Origin: Planctomycetota bacterium
GTDB lineage: Bacteria > Planctomycetota > UBA1135 > UBA2386
Direction of reading: 5' to 3'
Assembly (NCBI GenBank): GCA_965228735.1
Contig: OZ245838.1
Location: 4,672,001 to 4,736,000, forward strand
DNA length: 64,000 nt
Shown here one piece after another: positions 47,963 to 56,805 of the stretch. How positions within the stretch are numbered: position 1 is the first letter of the stretch; each line of letters begins with the position of its first letter. The notes under the pieces were generated by a model. It was not told the origin of the DNA and did no database searches. It was given only the letters and a program-made list of their open reading frames with translations. Made by a program: the position numbers and the translations under genes.

Positions 47963-49873
47963 ATGGCCCAGAAGGACAACCAGCTCTGGAACGAACTGCT
48001 CGACATCAGGGAGCTGAAGAAGGGGTGGCATCAGGCTCACCACGAGTATCGGCGCGACTTCGCCGAAGATCCGTTGCATGTCGATGCATACGCCGCTGCG
48101 CTCGACAGGCACCTCGCCGACATCCGCCATCGGCTGAGTCGTGGCCGCTATCGACCTCGGCCAGCCCTTCGGTGTGAGGTCCCGAAGGGGCCTCTGGGGT
48201 ATCGCCCCGGGACGGTGATCGACATCGAGGATCGCGTCGTTCTGTATTCCGCGATCCGGCAGATCGCACCCGCGATCGACGAGCAACTCTCGGATTCCGT
48301 GTTCAGTTGGCGTCTCAAGAACCCGCTCCCGCGGAGCGACTGGATGTTCAAGGACACCACCATCGAGGACATGCCGTATCTCAAGAGCCGAACGGTGTCG
48401 AACCACATCGACCAGTTCGAATACTGGCTCTCGGCGTGGCCGGAGTTTGATAACGCCGGGCGAGCGGCGTTCACCGAGAAGGGGCATCGTTTCATGGCGA
48501 CTTGCGACATCGCCGCCTACTTCGAGAACATCCACCTCGGGATACTCCGTGACAAGCTGATGCAGTGGGTCCCGATCGAGCCGCGCATCATCAACCTCAT
48601 CGTGACGTGCCTGTCCTACTGGTGTCCAAGAACACCAAGCGGCGGGAACGAAGCACGCGGGATTCCGCAAGGGACCGGCGTTTCAAGTTTCCTCGGCAAC
48701 GTCTTCCTGAAGGGCCTGGATGACCGGCTCGAAGAACTCGCCAAGCAGTGCGAAGCGGACTACCAGAGATACATGGATGACGTTCGCTTCTTCGCCAAGC
48801 GACGCGAGGATGCTCGGCGTGCGATCCTGATCATGGAACGGACGTTGCGTGAACTGCATCTAAACGTGCAGTCCGCGAAGACCAAGATCCTCGACGAAGA
48901 CTCGGGAGAGATTAGCGAGGCGCTTGTGGATCAGCGTCTGGACGACATCGACGAGATGGAAGACGAGATTCGGGCGCGAGACGAAGACGACGAGGCTGCG
49001 AAGCGTGGCTTCCTAGCGAACCTCAAGCGCCTGGAAGGACGACAGTCGCGGAGCGACAGGCAGGCCATCAAGGCGGCGAGGAAGCCTCTGACTGGCCTCA
49101 CGTTGAGGCTGTTCAAGCGGTGGGTATCGTGCCACAGGTTGCTTGGCTCGCACGACTACGTGAAGCGGCTTCAGAAAGAGGTGGAGCGTACCTCGGACGC
49201 CAAGCTGACGAGCATCATCATACGCACGGCTCGTGACTTCCCCTCCCTACGGTCGATCGCGGGGTGGAGCATGAAGTTCATCCACAGCGAGCTGAACGTG
49301 TTCGCTCACCAGGAAGCGGAGTTACTTCGGGCGATTCGGAATCTCGCGCGGGTCCCCGAGGACGCCGCTGACCACGCTTGGAAAGTCCTGTTGGACACGG
49401 ATGCAGACCCATACCTCAGGATGCAGGCGGGGTTCCTGCTGTCGAGGACGGAGTTGACGAAGCAGCGCCTTAGCACGGTCGCGAACCGCTACGACCAGGA
49501 AACGGACTCGTTCGTGTCGCCCGTCTGGTGTCTCTTGCTGATCCAGCGACGGAGGCAGAGCGAAGTGCTGTTGGCAGACATGATGTCCGATCCCGTTGAC
49601 CGCGTCAGAAGGCTGGGGTGGATGTTCTACCGAGCTGCCAAGGACGAGGCGTGGTGTCGGAAACAGCTCGACTACGTGTTCGGCCCGGTGCGCGCAGCGC
49701 GCCTGTCCGGCTACATGCCGATTGTCTGGGCTGCGGCAAACTGTGGGACACAGGCGGTCCAGCGTGCCCTATTGGAAAAGGTCAACGTCGCGAAGGCGGC
49801 TTGCCTGCACGTTGATCTGCGTCCAACGCTCGAGGCGATCCAGGCACGATTGGAACGGGCTGCGACCGCGTAG
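47963..49873 (+). CDS. Reverse transcriptase, UG/Abi (DRT)-like, with long alpha-helical C-terminal region, 636 aa
   Basis: Y.P......VPK....RP, CDIAAYFENI, GIPQG, RYMDD, L.....KT; about 300-aa helical C-terminus; no retron VTG or NAxxH, no DGR SQ motif, no group II maturase or intron domain V seen. Confidence 0.9.
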   Translation: MAQKDNQLWNELLDIRELKKGWHQAHHEYRRDFAEDPLHVDAYAAALDRHLADIRHRLSRGRYRPRPALRCEVPKGPLGYRPGTVIDIEDRVVLYSAIRQIAPAIDEQLSDSVFSWRLKNPLPRSDWMFKDTTIEDMPYLKSRTVSNHIDQFEYWLSAWPEFDNAGRAAFTEKGHRFMATCDIAAYFENIHLGILRDKLMQWVPIEPRIINLIVTCLSYWCPRTPSGGNEARGIPQGTGVSSFLGNVFLKGLDDRLEELAKQCEADYQRYMDDVRFFAKRREDARRAILIMERTLRELHLNVQSAKTKILDEDSGEISEALVDQRLDDIDEMEDEIRARDEDDEAAKRGFLANLKRLEGRQSRSDRQAIKAARKPLTGLTLRLFKRWVSCHRLLGSHDYVKRLQKEVERTSDAKLTSIIIRTARDFPSLRSIAGWSMKFIHSELNVFAHQEAELLRAIRNLARVPEDAADHAWKVLLDTDADPYLRMQAGFLLSRTELTKQRLSTVANRYDQETDSFVSPVWCLLLIQRRRQSEVLLADMMSDPVDRVRRLGWMFYRAAKDEAWCRKQLDYVFGPVRAARLSGYMPIVWAAANCGTQAVQRALLEKVNVAKAACLHVDLRPTLEAIQARLERAATA

Positions 49874-49946
49874 TTGCCGCGGATCTCTGCTTTCGTCTCC
49901 GCGATGCGTCGCTCGGATGGTGCAGCTTTCGGGGCCGCCTCGCGAC

Positions 49947-50819
49947 CTACGCCCCAACCGCCGCCCGCAGCCGCCCCCTGTCCACCCGCGCGTAGATCGC
50001 CGTCGACACGACCGATGCGTGGCTCAGCGCATCCTGAACTAACCGCAGGTCGCCGGTCTTCGCGAGCAGCCCGCAGGCGAACGTGTGCCGCAAGCTGTGC
50101 GCGCTCTTGCCGCGGATCTCTGCCTTCGTGAACCAGTCCGAGATGCGTCGCTGCGCGTGCCGCGTGGACACTCGCCTCCTATCCGCGAGGAATACCGGTC
50201 CCGATGCTCGATCGCCGACGAATCCGCGCAGTTTGCTGGCTAGCGCCTTCGGCACGAGCACCGTTGACGGCCGGTCGTTCTTCGCACGTCGAACCGTGAT
50301 CTCGCCGTGCTCGAGGTCGAGGTCCTCGATGTTGAGCGCAAGCGCGCTGCCTATCCGCATGCCAGTGCCGAGCAGCAGCTCGATGAGCATCCGGTCTCGC
50401 TCCGCATGCTCGCCCGTGGCCGCGGCGAGCACTGCGAGCAGCCGCTCATGCTCGTCGGCGTGCAGTGATTTCGGAGGGGGCGGGGAGCATCGAGCTCGAC
50501 GCAGAAGCCGTGCGGGGTTCGCGGCGACCAGTCCGGCGTCGTGAAGATGGGCGCAGAAGCAGCGGACGCTCGTACGCATCGCGTTGAGCGACGTGTTCTT
50601 CTTCGAGCCGCCGTGGCTGCTGACGCGCGCGGCGTCGTCAGCGAAGAACTGGGCGAGCAACTCGCGGCTCAGGCACGCGACCTTGCGTTCTGCGTCGCGG
50701 TCGTGAAGCCAGGCGATCAGCGCGGTCACGTGACGGCGGTACTGGTTGATCGTGTGCGGCGAGCGGCCGTCGGCGCGGAGCTGCACCAGGAAGGCTTGGA
50801 GGGCGTCTTGGAGGTCCAT
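49947..50819 (-). CDS. XerC/D-like tyrosine recombinase (290 aa)
   Basis: SAM-like N-terminus (RS.HTI..YR); TGMRIG, AKN, SAHSLRHTFA, LSHAS...TAIY. Confidence 0.9.
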   Translation of the reverse strand: MDLQDALQAFLVQLRADGRSPHTINQYRRHVTALIAWLHDRDAERKVACLSRELLAQFFADDAARVSSHGGSKKNTSLNAMRTSVRCFCAHLHDAGLVAANPARLLRRARCSPPPPKSLHADEHERLLAVLAAATGEHAERDRMLIELLLGTGMRIGSALALNIEDLDLEHGEITVRRAKNDRPSTVLVPKALASKLRGFVGDRASGPVFLADRRRVSTRHAQRRISDWFTKAEIRGKSAHSLRHTFACGLLAKTGDLRLVQDALSHASVVSTAIYARVDRGRLRAAVGA

Positions 50820-51185
50820 GGCTACATGCAGCCATGGGCGGGCCGGGGTCATCAAGTCACATTCCTGGGTCGACTGGCTCAGCAACAAGCAGTCCGTTTG
50901 TGTCCCAATTATCCCGACTCCATCAGCGTCCCTTGAACGGCCTGCCCAGTTCCTCACCATGTCTGATGGCCGACCGTCGCTTACAGCTCTCCGGTTGGTC
51001 AAGCTCGGCCCACCGACTCGCCAAAGGGCGGTGGGCTGGGCGTTCACTCGTGGCCGGGCATCGGAAAAATGGCCCAGGCTCGGGCATGGCAAGCCTGGGG
51101 CCGGGCAGCCGAGCTTCCATGCTTTGGCCCGGCTGCCGGAGTTCAGGCTAGCATTACGCCCCGATCTGACACAGTGGCAGATTCA

Positions 51186-51210
51186 CCGTTGAAACACCGT
51201 TGACCAACGG
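51186..51210. repeat. 25-bp site, copy 1 (contains palindrome CCGTTG-AC-CAACGG)
   Basis: CCGTTGAAACACCGTTGACCAACGG; 23/25 identical to 60278-60302. Confidence 0.7.
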
Positions 51211-51355
51211 CAAATCCGGCGCCTTCCGCGTCACATTCGGGGGGAAATGCGACGCGCTCGGTTGGGGTTCACCTTGGTCAAGTTCCCGCGAGCTTTGTGC
51301 GTCCCGAAGATCCGTCGAGCGGACAGCAGTGGTCCAGAGGTACAGCTCGTGATCG

Positions 51356-52684
51356 CTAGCGATCGCGGCTCAGCTCGAAGGTTTCCGGCCCGAGGATGCG
51401 TGGCACGCAGATGTTGACCAGAAGCGTTCGATGCCGCTGGAAGAACTTCTTGCGGGCGGAGTTGTCGAGGGTGATCCGCGGCAGCTTCGAGTAGCCGACG
51501 CCTTTTTTCCCGCGTTGGAGCGGCTGGGCTTCGACTTCGAGGTGGAGGTCCTTGTCCAGGTGGGGCTCGAGAGTCGTCACGTCGAGATAGAAGCTCCGTT
51601 GGGCCGCGTTCCCGCTGAAGTTGTGCACGTCCTGGATGATGTCGCGCTGGAAGAGGGTGCCGATGTTGAACAGGTTGAACCCGCGCGACCGGCCTTGGTG
51701 AAACTCGACCATGTAGTCCTCGACGGGATTGCCGACGCTGTCGTTCAGCCTGACGACGGTGTTCTGGTAGCCGTGGAAGTAGCTGTGCTCGGCTTCTTTC
51801 GCGAGGAGGGCGTCGTTCGACTCGTCGAGCTCTATGATGAACCGGCCCCAATCGGCCGATCGGATCGTCAACGCCTGCAACAGCCACTGGGCCATCTGTG
51901 GACCGGACGGAGCGTACTGGCCGCTGGAGTTCTTCGACTGGAAGGTGATGCTGGAGTGGTTATCGCCATCGCTGATACCGAACGCGAGTGCGCACTTCGG
52001 TGGCGGGTTGCGGAACTTCGGCACGATCTCGCCGTCGACCGAAAAGTCGACGTCGAGCCGCGACGCGCGCAGGTTGGCCGTGGAGACCCGCACGGTCCCG
52101 TCGCCGCCAACCTCGTCGGTGATCGCTGCCGCGCCGCCGTAGCCCGTGTTGCCTACGAACACTGCCGCCTGCACGAGGTCCGTGCCGTAGTAGCGCGTTG
52201 ACCCTAGGAGATCGCGTTCGGCGAGGTCCCAGACGTAGGCCGAGGCGAGTTCGAGCCCCTTGAGCAGGTGGGTGCCGGTCTCGAATCCCGTGCGCCAACC
52301 CTTGAACGCCCGCCCGTACCAAGACCGGCCCTTGTGCGCTAGCTGAGAGCCAAAGTTGGCCGGGGCGAGCATCAGGTGCCGGCGGATCGGGACCTCGCTT
52401 GGCTTGTAGAAGTGAGACATCCAGTCGCGGACGACTAGCGCGCCGGTGCTATGGGAGATCACGTCGACGTTCTTCTTGCCTGCGATGCCCGGGTGTGAAG
52501 TCCACACCCGCTGCATGGCGGTTCGGAGGTCGCGATAGGTGATCTCGTCGTCGAGGGACACCCAGTCCGCAAGGTCGATGGTCGTCACCTGCGTGCGCAG
52601 CTGGCTGCCCAGAAACTCGGCGAGCCGCCGGAACGACTTGCTGCTGTCGCTCCAGCCGTGGACGATGACGATGGGATTCGGCAT
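51356..52684 (-). CDS. Alpha/beta hydrolase fold protein
   Basis: VIVHGWSD, nucleophile elbow SHSTG, LAPANFGS, GDGTV, NHSSI. Confidence 0.85.
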   Translation of the reverse strand: MPNPIVIVHGWSDSSKSFRRLAEFLGSQLRTQVTTIDLADWVSLDDEITYRDLRTAMQRVWTSHPGIAGKKNVDVISHSTGALVVRDWMSHFYKPSEVPIRRHLMLAPANFGSQLAHKGRSWYGRAFKGWRTGFETGTHLLKGLELASAYVWDLAERDLLGSTRYYGTDLVQAAVFVGNTGYGGAAAITDEVGGDGTVRVSTANLRASRLDVDFSVDGEIVPKFRNPPPKCALAFGISDGDNHSSITFQSKNSSGQYAPSGPQMAQWLLQALTIRSADWGRFIIELDESNDALLAKEAEHSYFHGYQNTVVRLNDSVGNPVEDYMVEFHQGRSRGFNLFNIGTLFQRDIIQDVHNFSGNAAQRSFYLDVTTLEPHLDKDLHLEVEAQPLQRGKKGVGYSKLPRITLDNSARKKFFQRHRTLLVNICVPRILGPETFELSRDR

Positions 52685-52821
52685 GGATGTTCCCCCACTT
52701 CGATCGGGGTTGGGGCCTCTCCTTTGGACTGAGTGTATGTGATGCTATAGACGGAGCCAATGGGGCGGTGCTGGGAATATGCAACGGCTACTTCTGCGGT
52801 GGCGGCCGAAGGAACCTCTAG

Positions 52822-53055
52822 GATCGCCACGGCAAACGGATCCTCTGCATCATCCCCATCGACCTCGACGGCTACCTGTTCAGCCGCCACTGCAAGTTCA
52901 AGTTCACGAGCGACCTTCGCGAGCGCCGCGCCGCCAAGTTCGAGGGTTGGCAGGACGACAAGGGCATCTTCGACACGCAGCTTGAGCGCGTCGTGAAGGC
53001 GCTTCGGTCGGACGATGGGGTGCGGCCGCCGCCGCCTACGCCGAAGCTGTCGTAG
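52822..53055 (+). pseudogene. Remnant C-terminus of a TIR-domain protein (not in the ORF track)
   Basis: Start-less frame RHGKRILCIIPIDLDGYLF...LRERRAAKFEGWQDDKGIFDTQLERVVKALR...PPTPKLS*, preceded by an in-frame TAG at 52819; resembles the C-termini of pentapeptide-TIR proteins. Confidence 0.55.
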
Positions 53056-53060
53056 GGGCG

Positions 53061-53987
53061 TTAGCGGACGCGAATGATCCAGTGGACCGCGTAGTTCACG
53101 GGCACGGTCTCGGTTTCGTCGGGGTGGAATATGTTCAGCTCGGTCCCGCGCGGTGCCTCTCCGATCTTCTTAAACGAATAGCGATCTCCTCTTAGAGTCC
53201 CGATCGGTTGCGCTCGTCGCCTTTGTTGTGGCCGGTGCTGGTTCTCCGGGTACAGTTCCTGGGGCACCGAGACCTCCCCAGTTCCGCGAAGGAAGCAGCC
53301 GCGGAAGTCCGGAAGCTTGAACTTGCCTCCCTCCTTTCCGTAGGGAGTTGCATCTCCGCCGAGCACACTGAGTAATCTACAATAGTGGTTGGGATCCATG
53401 AGTGCGCCGTTGCATTTGCGCCAGTTGCTGTCTTCCCAAGCCCGGCCATCGGGCGCTCTGTCAGTTGGCCACGCGATGATCGTTCCGATGGGGGGCGCGA
53501 TGGTCGCGATAGTGTTCGCTAAGCCGTTCTTCCACGGACCGTCTTCGAGAAGAAGATCTTTGATGTTCTCCGCTAGTTCATTCGGGTTCTTGCGGATCTT
53601 TCCTGACCAGTCGCTGAGTTCCTTGAGGTCCGCTTGGGCGGCTTCGGTCTGAGCCTTGGTTGTTTGAGCGGATGCTCTCGCCTCGCCGACGATCAATAGC
53701 GCGTCGGCAGCTCTTTGGCTGAGGTGCGAAGCGTCGCTGTCTATTCGTTCCTCGCGTCTTTGCCGCCATGTGTCGTGCTCATCTTGTTGCCTCTTGCGCC
53801 AAAGGGCCTGCTCGTTCTCTTGCATTTCGCGCCAAGTGTTGAACTTGCTCTCCCATTCCTCGGATGCCTGGGCTTCGGCCTTCTCGGTCACGAACTGGTA
53901 GAACCAGGTGCCTAGGAAGCCGAGCGCGGTGCCGAGTAAACCGACAAGAACCGGATGGCTTTCCATCCACGTCGTGGCCTTCTTCAT
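53061..53987 (-). CDS. TM + coiled-coil protein with C-terminal phage tail-collar-like domain
   Basis: PPIGTIIAWP, W.KCNG, FKLPDFRG.FLRG, P.NYAV.WIIRVR. Confidence 0.75.
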   Translation of the reverse strand: MKKATTWMESHPVLVGLLGTALGFLGTWFYQFVTEKAEAQASEEWESKFNTWREMQENEQALWRKRQQDEHDTWRQRREERIDSDASHLSQRAADALLIVGEARASAQTTKAQTEAAQADLKELSDWSGKIRKNPNELAENIKDLLLEDGPWKNGLANTIATIAPPIGTIIAWPTDRAPDGRAWEDSNWRKCNGALMDPNHYCRLLSVLGGDATPYGKEGGKFKLPDFRGCFLRGTGEVSVPQELYPENQHRPQQRRRAQPIGTLRGDRYSFKKIGEAPRGTELNIFHPDETETVPVNYAVHWIIRVR

Positions 53988-54317
53988 GGGGTTAGATACG
54001 GGAATCGCGTGCGGGGCTGCTCCGGTTACTTGAGGACGCTCCCAGTGGAGAGAAGCTGTGTTAGTCTGCAGCCATCCCGAGTAGGTCGGGCTGAGTATTG
54101 CCCGAGCATTAGGGGCTGCCGCGAGCTGTTCGCGTCGCACGCAGTGATGGTGAACGAGTGCTCTGCTAGCGATAGGTCCTAGTCTGAACGAGTTCCGCTG
54201 AGGTCTTTCGCGGCATCTTGCCGGTTGAAGCGTTGAAACAGCGGGGCTTCGGCTCGACGAGCTTCGAATGCGTGCGAGAAAAAGGGGCCGATCTGTTCAG
54301 AGCCTCCCCTACTTGGA

Positions 54318-54893
54318 GTGTGCTTGGCCCAGCGGGGCGAGTTGGCACTGAACGACGAAGAAATAGTCCTACGGCTGCAGCGAGGGGACGTGTCCGGCTT
54401 GGACGCGTTGCTGCGCGAGCATGGACCGTTTGTCAAGGCCGCGTTGCGGCAGTCGTTCCAGTTCGTCAACGACGAGCACGACTTGGAGAGTGCGCTCCTC
54501 GACGGAGCACTGATCATGTGGAAGCGGGATGTGTCGAATCGGCTGGATCCCAGCAAGGGGATCCGGGCTTACTTCTATGTCACGTGTCGGCGGGAGCTGA
54601 TGCGTGCGTGGAAGAACAAGCCGGCGGAACAACTTCTGGATCCAACGGTTGTCGACGCGACGTTCGCGTCGCAAGGGGCGATGGAGAGAGCTGGCGGCGG
54701 TCCGTCGCTCGAAGACATCATGGCCGGGCTCTCGTCTCTAGAGCGAGGGATTCTGATGGCAGACATGGCTGCGAACTTCACAGCATCGAGCGCAGAGCTC
54801 GCGGCGCTGTTGGAGACGACGTCAGCGTCCGTCGATTCGTTAAAGTACAGAATTCGCAAGAAGCTGCGCAGGTGGCTCGGAGGGAGCCAATGA
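54318..54893 (+). CDS. ECF-type RNA polymerase sigma factor
   Basis: DEEIV.RL..GD..GLD.L...H region 2-like; LSSLER.IL...ELA.LL......V.S...RIRKKLR region 4. Confidence 0.7.
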   Translation: MCLAQRGELALNDEEIVLRLQRGDVSGLDALLREHGPFVKAALRQSFQFVNDEHDLESALLDGALIMWKRDVSNRLDPSKGIRAYFYVTCRRELMRAWKNKPAEQLLDPTVVDATFASQGAMERAGGGPSLEDIMAGLSSLERGILMADMAANFTASSAELAALLETTSASVDSLKYRIRKKLRRWLGGSQ

Positions 54894-55522
54894 CATCTAA
54901 TCGCCGCGGCGACGACGACTACACGGCGGCGGAGAAGCGCCTGCTCCTGTCGGCGCTCCGGTCCGAGTCGCTCGATTCGGCGCGCGTGCGTGCGTCGATA
55001 GAGTTGGCGCGACGTGAGCTCACTTGGTGGCGCCGCTACCCCGGTTTCGTTAGGGCGGCGGGGGCTGCGTCGTTGCTGCTTCTCGTCGGGGCTGTTGTTT
55101 GGATCTGGGATGGGGAGGACACTGACGACATTCGCTACGGCCAAGCGATCGCTGTGCTGCGATCGCCTGGAGCCTACTCGGATGAGAACCTGCTGGCAGG
55201 CATCGGCAAGGTGCGGCGTGAGCTCGCTGGATTGGTGAGGGACATGCGGGCTCACGGCCAGCTACCGAAGGCGTTTCTCGATGACGTGAGACTGGCCTTG
55301 TCGAGTGCTTCGGTGCCGTCCGTGCCTTACTTGGGAGACTTTGAGGCATTGAGGCAAGCTGCCAGCGAGCGACCTCTCCGCGGACAAGAGCTAGCTGAAG
55401 CGCTCGAGGCGATCGTCGCAGGGGTTGGTGCTGCCCAGTCGCTCGAGCTGCGTGGCGGAGTCTTCCCGGCCTACTCCCGAAGTGTGATCACTGCTCTCCA
55501 CGAGGCTCTCGAAGGTGGCTAG
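54890..55522 (+). CDS. Putative single-TM anti-sigma factor
   Basis: ATGA overlap with the sigma gene; one TM (AAGAASLLLLVGAVVWIW). Confidence 0.55.
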   Translation: MTSNRRGDDDYTAAEKRLLLSALRSESLDSARVRASIELARRELTWWRRYPGFVRAAGAASLLLLVGAVVWIWDGEDTDDIRYGQAIAVLRSPGAYSDENLLAGIGKVRRELAGLVRDMRAHGQLPKAFLDDVRLALSSASVPSVPYLGDFEALRQAASERPLRGQELAEALEAIVAGVGAAQSLELRGGVFPAYSRSVITALHEALEGG

Positions 55523-55761
55523 GCCGAGGCGGCTGCCCCGTCTTGGATCAAGCGGAACACCTCGTCATGGCCTGGCGAGGTGAAGCGCGCCTCGGTCCAC
55601 CCAGTGGGGGGGTCCCACGCCACACTGTCTCCCGGAGGAACAGTGATCGTCTCGGAATCGCCGTTGTCGTTCTTGATGGTGATCGTGATGGCGGTCGTGC
55701 CGTCATGGCTGATTTGAGCGGAGCCGCCGGGGCTGATGATGCTGGGGTCAACTTGGATCAT
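55519..55761 (-). CDS. Small hypothetical beta-rich protein (80 aa)
   Basis: AAGG-like RBS upstream; MIQVDPSIISPGG...; low Arg content unlike shadow ORFs. Confidence 0.5.
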   Translation of the reverse strand: MIQVDPSIISPGGSAQISHDGTTAITITIKNDNGDSETITVPPGDSVAWDPPTGWTEARFTSPGHDEVFRLIQDGAAASA

Positions 55762-56082
55762 GGGAGTTGCCTTCTTGGAAAGGGTCGTGGAGGGTAGGGG
55801 TCGCTCTGAACAACTTCCTTGTCTGATGAGCCTATTTTTTGGCGAGTTTCGAGATGGGCGAACCTTGTTTAGACCCGGGCCTAACACTGCCGACCTGCGA
55901 TAGCGAATGGCGCGTGCGCTAGGAGCGAACAGAGGTTGCGAGTGCGGGAAGAAGGAGAGTCGAGTTTCAAAAATCCTAAAAGCGGATGATCTCCGGGTCG
56001 TTTTGGCCATTGATCGGCCACTGCCGCCCCGTTGTGTGCAGGCTTCTGCCAGCCTAGGGTCAGTCCTTCTCCGCAAGACCTC

Positions 56083-56805
56083 ATGCTCGTCTCTATTCTA
56101 CTACCGTTTCTGTCGCTGCTGGTCGGTTTGCTTGGGGTTTGGTCAAGCAAGAACAGAGGGCCTGACGGTCGATTGAATAAGGCGGGCGTCTCTGTGATTT
56201 TCGCTCTCTTCGGGATCGCTGCGATTACGGTTGGCAAGGCCGTCGTCGACGACGTCAACGCTCGCACGCTTCGCAGTCTGGCCTCAATGGCGATCGAGCG
56301 CGATGTGTGCCAACTGCTCGAACCCCTTGTCGTGCTATTCCCGGGCGGTGAGGGCGATCCGCGTTCGATCAGCGCTGTTCGGATGGCGGTCTCCCTTCCA
56401 CCTCCTGCGGCAGCAGAAGACTTGCCTGCTCGTGTGAGTTCGCGTGCCATACTGGTGAAGTGGATGAAAGGGCCGGTGGCTACAGACTTCGCGAAAACCG
56501 CGCAGGGGCATGAAGTCCGCCTTTTCGGCCAACTCGGTGAGGCGGGGGTCTTGCTCGATGCGGAGTTCCGGTTCGCGCAGGAGCGACTTCGGCAAACGAC
56601 AGCGACTTTCGCACCGCACCTGCCTAGCGGGTTGTTCATGAAATTGGAGGGAGTGCGGAACCACCCGTTCCTTCGAATGGTCGAGCGGAGAACTCGTCGA
56701 CCTCGAACGCCGAAGTCGCCACATGCGTACCTAGGTGGCGAGCGCTCTAGAGTTCAATTCCGGTCGTTCCTGGAAGCGCTCGAGGAGCTGAACGCGGCCC
56801 TCTAG
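56083..56805 (+). CDS. Hypothetical membrane protein (2 N-terminal TMs)
   Basis: Two hydrophobic helices followed by a helical domain. Confidence 0.55.
   Translation: MLVSILLPFLSLLVGLLGVWSSKNRGPDGRLNKAGVSVIFALFGIAAITVGKAVVDDVNARTLRSLASMAIERDVCQLLEPLVVLFPGGEGDPRSISAVRMAVSLPPPAAAEDLPARVSSRAILVKWMKGPVATDFAKTAQGHEVRLFGQLGEAGVLLDAEFRFAQERLRQTTATFAPHLPSGLFMKLEGVRNHPFLRMVERRTRRPRTPKSPHAYLGGERSRVQFRSFLEALEELNAAL

Noticed and set aside
47402..49873. Retron or DGR
   Set aside because: No NAxxH/VTG motifs or clear long a1/a2 inverted repeat; no adenine-variable template/variable repeat pair, avd gene or SQ motif.
47402..49946. Group II intron around the RT (GTGCG at 47634 and 47726)
   Set aside because: No domain V/VI after the ORF, no maturase X domain, and YMDD with a long helical tail; GTGCG is common in GC-rich DNA.
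53061..53987. Prophage tail region
   Set aside because: Isolated collar domain on a TM protein; no other virion genes.
44738..55885. Integron attC sites (GCCTAAC/GTTAGG cores at 44738 and 55879)
   Set aside because: No full R''-L''-L'-R' symmetry seen, and neither recombinase shows an IntI-specific insertion.
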